From Trichosphaerium sp. ATCC 40318 (Eukaryota > Protista > Tubulinea), in assembly GCA_038496445.1 (NCBI GenBank), contig JALMLS010000637.1:1-64000 (forward strand): a stretch of 64,000 bases of DNA, read 5' to 3'. The position numbers and the translations under genes were made by a program. The stretch's first letter is position 1; every line of letters starts with the position of its first letter. Shown one piece after another: positions 62,364-64,000 of the stretch. The notes under the pieces were generated by a model, which was given only the letters and a program-made list of their open reading frames with translations, made no database searches and was not told the DNA's origin.

Positions 62364-64000
62364 CACGATGTTCATTAGTTAAGGAGTTTGATGGTGGATT
62401 ACCACGTGTCATTGTTTTTTAAAGTACCACCTTTTCCAAAAATGTACAAAACTTGTTATAGCTTGGTGCTTGTACCGTGAGTTACAAATAGGTAACGAAA
62501 CGAATGCCGGTTGAACAAAAATAATTCTCAAAATTTTCTTCTTTATATTTTTATGTTTTGTTGAAAGTGTACCGCCTGTTTGAATTCTAGATTTACATTT
62601 TATAATAGCTGCGATTTCTTTGCAAACCCTGTCACAAAAGTCAAGGTGAAATTGTTTAACTGTTAGCCGACACGCTATTTGCATCCACACAGTTGCAAAG
62701 TTCTATGAGTAGCCAGCCGTTGTGCACTAGTCTACTATTACTACATTAGTACTACGCGTATGCAATAAAGGGCCTCCTTAAAGGAGAGGTAATAACAAAG
62801 TAAGAATAATCTGAGAATCAATTGTAGTTCAATGGTATTTTGGTTTTTGTTGCCTACAGGCTACAAGTCTTTTCAAAAGATAAACATAGAAACGCATTTG
62901 TGCGATGACAAGAACCATTAAATTTGGGGTGTAGTGTTTGCTATCTATTAGCTAACATAACACAGGGTTGTAGCGGTGGTATTAGTAAGTTGTAGTCAAC
63001 CAAGGTTATTTGTGGCGGCTGTAGATTAAAATGGTAATGACTAGTAAAGTTGTTAGTAAACTGTTGGCGTTTAAAACCAAGCAAATATATTTTACCACCA
63101 CCGTCTTTTATTTGAAGTATGGTGTGTCCTTCGCCATTTTGCTATGAGCACACTAGGTGTATTCGCGCAACAGAAGAATTAAACATTAGGATTTTATTTT
63201 TCGTCTTCCTGCTAAAACGATATCCTTAAGTTGCTATAAACAAAATGCAGTTGGATAGCATTTGTTGAGTGGATTTACTCAATAAGCATTAAGTGATACC
63301 CTTACTACTGTTAATGTTATTACAGGCAATAGTATTGGATACATCTGAGGCACACAGTGGAGATTCACATTACGCAAAATACATTACAACAACAAACACT
63401 GTTTTGTCGTAGATTGTCTATGTAGATCTTATTGCCTACGTTTAGGCTAAACTAAGATGTGTACTATTGCTATAATGCTAAAAACTTCGCATTATTGTAT
63501 AGCAGATACGTTCTTCTCCTTTAAAAATGCTGTAAGATTGACAACTCCTTACAATTTGCAAGAACGTACCATTAATTCCAACGCGTTTCTGATTGCGATT
63601 AGGACTTGCTATAAGCACTCTAGAGTTTACAACGAGAAGTACTTCACGAAATACTACACGAAGGCACACTGAATTGTTATGATAACAATTGCGATAGAAT
63701 GTTAATGTTGGTTTTTATTTCGCTTGAACGGATCTAGGTTGTACATGGATAGCCAAACACAATCCAGTTTTTTTCCTTCTTCGACGAAAAAGCGGATACA
63801 CAATTCTGCTCTAACGTATAATAAACTAATTGAACAAGGTATATATTGGAAAGAAACGGCGAACATGTGACGCTATGCTTTTTACCCTTCTCTTAATATT
63901 AAAAATAGAATACAGCACAAAAACCGTATGGTTCGCTGTCATATTCACCCTGGCACTCACTGAAATGCACGTGACCAAGTCGTGGGCTCGAGATCTTTAG

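Noticed and set aside
62400-64000. Short ORFs at the window end
   Set aside because: No recognisable domains or consistent exon structure.

Overview
This is eukaryotic, AT-rich DNA with many short (about 40-60 nt) GT-AG introns and the standard genetic code. It most plausibly comes from a free-living, bacterivorous protist, but the species cannot be identified from the sequence. Bases 1-29 kb form a repeat and transposon island. It holds a decayed Ty3/gypsy fragment, a 5'-truncated L1/Tx1-like LINE with poly(A), a long inverted repeat, a second decayed gypsy element carrying three TIR insertions (one nested inside another), and a piggyBac-like remnant. Flanking the second gypsy, tail-to-tail, are two paralogous genes with the architecture ankyrin repeats (one repeat per exon), UBR-type zinc finger, H-Y-E PARP-like ADP-ribosyltransferase. 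One paralogue has 13 nearly identical exon+intron cassettes that vary almost only at predicted binding-surface codons. Bases 30-62 kb are gene dense: SIM-rich SNF2/RING helicase, intronless bacterial-like Rossmann oxidoreductase, orphan genes, membrane-fused flavodoxin-fold quinone reductase, CRAL-TRIO protein, eIF2-alpha kinase, MFS transporter, actin-like protein, BAG co-chaperone, secreted M15 peptidase/PG-binding/GH24 lysozyme fusion, Ctr copper transporter, eRF3-like GTPase and F-box/MORN-variant protein. The two most striking observations are (1) an in-frame UGA in the eRF3-like release-factor gene, which splicing places in the UGA-CUA readthrough context ahead of a GC-rich hairpin, a candidate termination-feedback circuit, and (2) the diversified ankyrin exon-cassette array fused to a PARP effector. 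All gene models were spliced by eye and their boundaries are approximate.
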